A stretch of 63,375 bases of DNA, the filler included, from Chiloscyllium plagiosum (Eukaryota), in NCBI RefSeq assembly GCF_004010195.1. It is 4 parts of one record of this genome, joined end to end, with 100 filler letters (N's around TTAATTAATTAA, not from the genome) between each part and the next. Parts side by side here need not be neighbours in the genome. Positions count along the whole stretch, not along the records: positions 50,861 to 63,375 come from NC_057715.1; 3 more parts are not named here. One strand, 5' to 3'. The notes beneath the pieces are model-generated. The model searched no databases. It was not told where the DNA came from and saw only the letters and a list, made by a program, of their open reading frames with translations. Made by a program: the position numbers and the translations under genes. Positions 59,077-63,375 of this stretch are shown piece by piece (the first letter of the stretch is position 1; each line of letters begins with the position of its first letter).

Positions 59077-59939
59077 TTTCTGTGCTCCTAGAAATCTAGG
59101 AGTATTCCCTAATTTAGGTGGATGTTATCTGTTCACTTCCTAACTCCTGAAATTCTCTCACTCAATCTCTTTGCCGCTCAGTCCCTCCCTTCTCCCTGAA
59201 TGTACTCCTTTGAACTACCTAAATGTCCAAGTTTTGTGCATGTCTTTCTGTGTTAAAATATGTGAGGAGTCTCAAGATGTTTTGCTGTTGTAGAATGTCT
59301 CAAAGGAGGGATCAGGGCCACAGAGAAGTAGAGAGCTTGAGGCAAGGGCATTCCAATGCTTTACATTGTACATTGTCTGCTTATTTTAGGCACAAATAAT
59401 AATGACAGGTCACATATCTGCTATCTAGCAGAAACTGAATGTGAAGCTAATTGACAGAAGTAGGCAATGAGAGAGAAACAGTCGAACTCACTGGCCCCAG
59501 CTGGCAGGATTGACACCCTGGCATTTCTGAAACAGCTGTCAAGAATTAGTATCACTGACACAGAATGCACAATGGGAAAATGCTACATCATCTCTAAGAC
59601 AGCTTTTGTGCTTAAAAATTGTCTCGTTGTGCCGCCTGTCATACACAGCTTGAGAGGTTCTACAGATCAGAAGCAATAGGTAAGATGAGGAATGTTAAAT
59701 GAGAAAGTGCACAGTTTATATTCTTCTCCATCATAGCTTTTGTTAGTGGGTTGTTTAAATCACAAAGTTAAAGGTACACATGTTACTTTGACTGCTTCTC
59801 TAATAGTAAATCATCTACATGCTGTTGGCTGGAGTAAGTAGGTGGGGGTCTCTTTGTTGCTAAATTAGCTTTAGGCTGACACAGTTGTCAATGGAAGACT
59901 ACAACTGAATTGTTAATTAGTGGCAATTTAATAATCTGA

Positions 59940-60120
59940 GTTTAGATCAGATGGTGCGGGAAAAACACAGCAGGTCAGGCAGCATTCGAGGAGCAGGAAA
60001 ATCGATGTTTCGGGCAAAAGCCCTTCATCAGGAATAGAGGCAGGAAGCCTCCAGGGTGGAGAGATAAATGGAGGTAGGGGGGTTGGGGGTGGGGCTGGGG
60101 AGAAGGTAGCAAAGAGTACC
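59940..60120 (-). mobile_element. 181-bp hammerhead/pLTR insertion with a perfect 11-bp TSD
   Basis: TAATAATCTGA at 59929-59939 and 60121-60131; reverse complement CTGATGAAGGGCTTTTGCCCGAAACATC; collinear with 24280-24445. Confidence 0.82.
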
Positions 60121-60382
60121 TAATAATCTGACTAGTGTATAAATAATACAAGTAGTCTAGCTGATCCTTGAAGTGTCTACTCCACTATTCATCAATTCCA
60201 CCTCATTTCCTTCTTACTGTGTTATCCCACACACTTTAATTCAGTGAACACCAAAAATTCTATTGACCTATGACTTGAATGCACTCAACAATTGAGCATT
60301 CCCAGCTCTGAGGTAGCCTATGATTGGTGCAAGTTTTCCTTACCTCAACCTAAATAGCTGACCTCTTATTCTGAGATTTTCA

Positions 60383-60695
60383 TGGAATCACTATAGTGTG
60401 GAAGCAGACCTATCACCCATCCAGTCCACACCAACCCTCTGAAGAGCATCCCACCCAGACCCACACCACCTACCCTATTCCTGGCTAATCCACCAACCTA
60501 CTCATTCCTGGACATTACGGGCAATTTAACGCGGCCAATCCACCCTAATTTGCACAACTTTGGACTGTGTGAGAAAACCCACACAGACACATGTAGAATG
60601 TGTAAAACTGCACACAGGCAGACACCAAAGGGTGGAATTAAACCTGAGTCCCCAGCGCTATGAGGTAGCAGTGTTAACTACTGAACCACCTTGCC
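60383..60695 (-). mobile_element. HE1-type SINE, diverged
   Basis: Reverse complement of head, core and tail. Confidence 0.8.
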
Positions 60696-60759
60696 ACGTG
60701 CTTATTGAGCAACCTAGAAAGGTTACATACAGGACACTTATCACTTTAGAAGAGACTGT

Positions 60760-61631
60760 TCCAAATTGTATTTGATCCTGAATCTCTCTAGAAATTTTGA
60801 AAGTTTTGAAGACACAATTTGAACCCTATGTCAGTCATTGAAGGAGTCTTGTCTCATCTTGCATCTGAAATCTTCACTACCCTAGACACAAAAGATGGAT
60901 ACTACAAATGAAGCAACAATTTTTTAACCCCATCAAGTTTCCTTCCAAAGATACCAATGCTCATCTTGTCTGATATATCTGTGGCACCAGCAGAACGTCA
61001 ACAAAGACAGCATGTGATAGTTAGTGATCTTCCTTGAGCAGACACTATAGTGGATGACCTGCAAGTTTGTGGGGACACAATGTGGAAGAACCCATTGCCA
61101 ACCATGATCAAAATCTCGGGTCACTGCTCGATAGAGCCTGTCAATAGCAAGAGAAAAACAGAACAAGAAAATACTGTAATTAAAGAAATCTGAAGTGAAA
61201 TGCATGTGTCATGTAATGACAGGGAAAGGTCTTTGCCCTTAATCCAAAAAGCTGAGAGCTGTAGCTGTGATTTAGTGACAAACAGGTACAAAATTACGAC
61301 AACAAATTGTTGAATTCATGAACTACTTGGCAAAATTCTTGTGTAAATTTTGTTTGGAGTGTGATTCATTGTGTCCACTCAAAGGATTTACAGTTGTATT
61401 GAAGCACAGAACAAGAAGCAGCATTCACTCCAATTATGCAACTAGTGATGGCAAGGTCAGTGTTGAAGTACCGTGACAGAAATGATGAAGTCACCTTGCA
61501 GTGTGATACCAATGAGACAGGACTTGGAGCAAACCTAATGCAGAAAGATTAACTGTTGTGTTTGCAGCCAGGGCATTCTCAGATTGAAAAAGAGTGCCTG
61601 ATCATTGTCTTCACTTGTTACTGTTTCACCA
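60760..61631 (+). mobile_element. Ty3/Gypsy pol fossil (RT and RNase H)
   Basis: IFTTLDTKDGYY, IVDDLQVCG, EVKCMCHVMTGKGLCP, EFMNYLAKFL, VTLQCDTNETGLGANLMQ, HSQIEKECLIIVFTC; many stops and deletions. Confidence 0.8.
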
Positions 61632-61975
61632 GTCATAGAGTCATAGAGATGTACAGCATGGAAACAGACCCTTCGGTCCAACCCGTCCATGCTGACCAGA
61701 TATCCCAACCCAATCTAGTCCACCTACCAGCACCCGGCCCATATCCCTCCAAACCCTTCCTATCCAGATGCCTTTTAAATGTTGTAATTGTACCAGCCTC
61801 CACCACATCCTCTGGCAGCTCATTCTATACAGGTACCAGCCACTGCGTGAAAATGTTGCCCCTTAGGTGTCTTTTATATCTTTCCTCTCTCCCCCTAAAC
61901 CTATGCCCTTTAGTTCAGGACTCCACCGCAGGGAAAAAGACTTTGTCTATTTATCTTATCCATGCCCCTCATGAT
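61632..61975 (-). mobile_element. CR1 3' end
   Basis: Reverse complement of the CR1 3' UTR with a (CTCTATGA)2 tail. Confidence 0.88.
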
Positions 61976-62084
61976 AAGTATCTATTTGCATGAGACAAAA
62001 ATCAGTTGAGTCTGACAACCACTCCATAATCATCTTCCTCACATCACTATTATCTGTGCCAAAGCACCTGCAAAGAATGTTTTA

Positions 62085-62978
62085 TTTTATTCACACATGG
62101 GTGCCACTAGCTAGGTCAGGATTTATTGTCCGCCCCAAGTTGCCCTTGAGAATGTGGTTGTGAGATGACATCTTGAGCCACTGCAGGTTAAGTGCTTGTC
62201 TCTCAATGCCGTTCAGTACTGAATTCCAGGATTTTGACCTGGAACAGTGATATATTTCCATGACAGGATGGTGAGTGGCTTGGAGGGGAAATTGAAGGTA
62301 GTGATGTGCCCATGTATCTGCTGCCCTTGTCCTTCTAGATTGAAGTGGTTATACCTATAAAAGCTGTCCAAGGATCTTTGGTGAATTTCTGCTGTGCATC
62401 TTGTAATTAGTACATACTGCTGCTACTGAGTATTGATGTTAGAGGGAGTGGATGTTTGTGGATGTGGTGCCAATCAAGTGGGCTGCTTTGTTCTGGATGG
62501 TGTCAAGGTCCTCAGGTGTTGCTGGAGCTGTATCCATCCAGGCAAGTAGAAAATATTCCATCACACTCCTGACCTATGCCTTTCAGATGTTTGATAGGCT
62601 CTGGGGACTCAGGAAGTGAGTTACCTGCCATTATATTCCTAGCCTCTGACTTGCTCTGTAGCAAGTCCAGTTGAGTTTCTGGTCAATGGAACCCCCTCCC
62701 GCCTGGATATTGATAGTGGAAGATTCAGTGATGGTAACTCCACTAAATGTCAAGAGGGAGTGGTTAGATTGTCTTTTGCTGGAGATGGTTATTGGATGAC
62801 ATTTGTATGATGTGAATGTTACTTGCCACTTGTCAGCTCAAGCTTGAATATTATCCAGATCTTGCTCCATTTAAACATGGACTGCTTCAATATCTTTGGA
62901 GTTGCGAATGGTGCTGAACATTGTGTCATTATTGGTGACCATTCCCACTTATGATGGAGGGCAAGTCATTGATGAAAC
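62085..62978 (-). mobile_element. LINE 3' fragment of a second CR1/L2-group family
   Basis: Minus frame LDTIQNKAAHLIG; the same 3' UTR occurs at about 26170-26320, 28490-28620 and 41370-41510. Confidence 0.7.
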
Positions 62979-63375
62979 TGTTAGCGCGGATGAAATGATA
63001 TCAGTCCGAGCCCAGAGTGCGGTTCAACAATCGGTAACGTTTATTACTGCAGTAATGCCGGCGGAGATCAGCCGAGGTCCGAATCTCGGCTGCTCTGCTG
63101 TTCCCGCGCGCAGCTACATATTATATACTTTTAGTTGTCAGGATGTGTGGGATTTGAGGATGAATGGGATGATAGTTCCCCATCATCACTGGAGTAGGTG
63201 CGAATAGGCTGTTTCCTGCCGTCCCAGGAGAGTTGCAGGGCACGCACAATAGGGTGCTAATTGGTTTATGTAAAACGGGTCCGGGTATTATCTGCTTGTC
63301 TCTCTCTGTGAGGGCAGGGGCTAACACCCCCCTTTGTTCCCTTGGGGTGTTGGTGTGTATTGGTCTGATATCAGT
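62979..63375 (-). mobile_element. Probable young LTR (its 3' end), continuing beyond the window
   Basis: Abrupt TG start inside the LINE; retained CpGs; minus-strand TATA-like run near 63125 upstream of AATAAA near 63043; hairpin CAGCCGAG..CTCGGCTG. Confidence 0.5.

Overview
Vertebrate genomic DNA, almost certainly a shark or other elasmobranch (HE1-type and Deu-domain SINEs, abundant CR1 LINEs). Three identical artificial 100-nt linkers (N44-TTAATTAATTAA-N44) split the window into four contigs. Contig 1 (1-23913) holds the CpG-island 5' end of ARHGEF7/beta-PIX on the minus strand: coding exon 1 at 23236-23400 and exon 2 at 9628-9711. It also holds a near-full-length CR1 ORF2 and an unidentified decayed ORF of about 2.5 kb in intron 1. 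Contig 2 (24014-36838) has four minus-strand exons of an alpha-2-class collagen IV gene (COL4A2-like) and ends in a 33-bp satellite that grows out of a Deu-domain SINE. Contig 3 (36939-50760) has ten plus-strand exons of an alpha-1-class collagen IV gene (COL4A1-like), an 18S rRNA pseudogene fragment and a 50-bp tandem array. Contig 4 (50861-63375) has no exons I can recognise, only retroelement debris. The most notable signal is a set of very short (about 90-250 bp) non-coding Penelope-derived insertions. They carry minimal hammerhead ribozyme motifs, often fold back on themselves and have 9-20 bp target-site duplications, and they occur alongside GIY-YIG-coding Penelope remnants with the same ribozyme termini. 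All family assignments come from recalled motifs, not from database searches.
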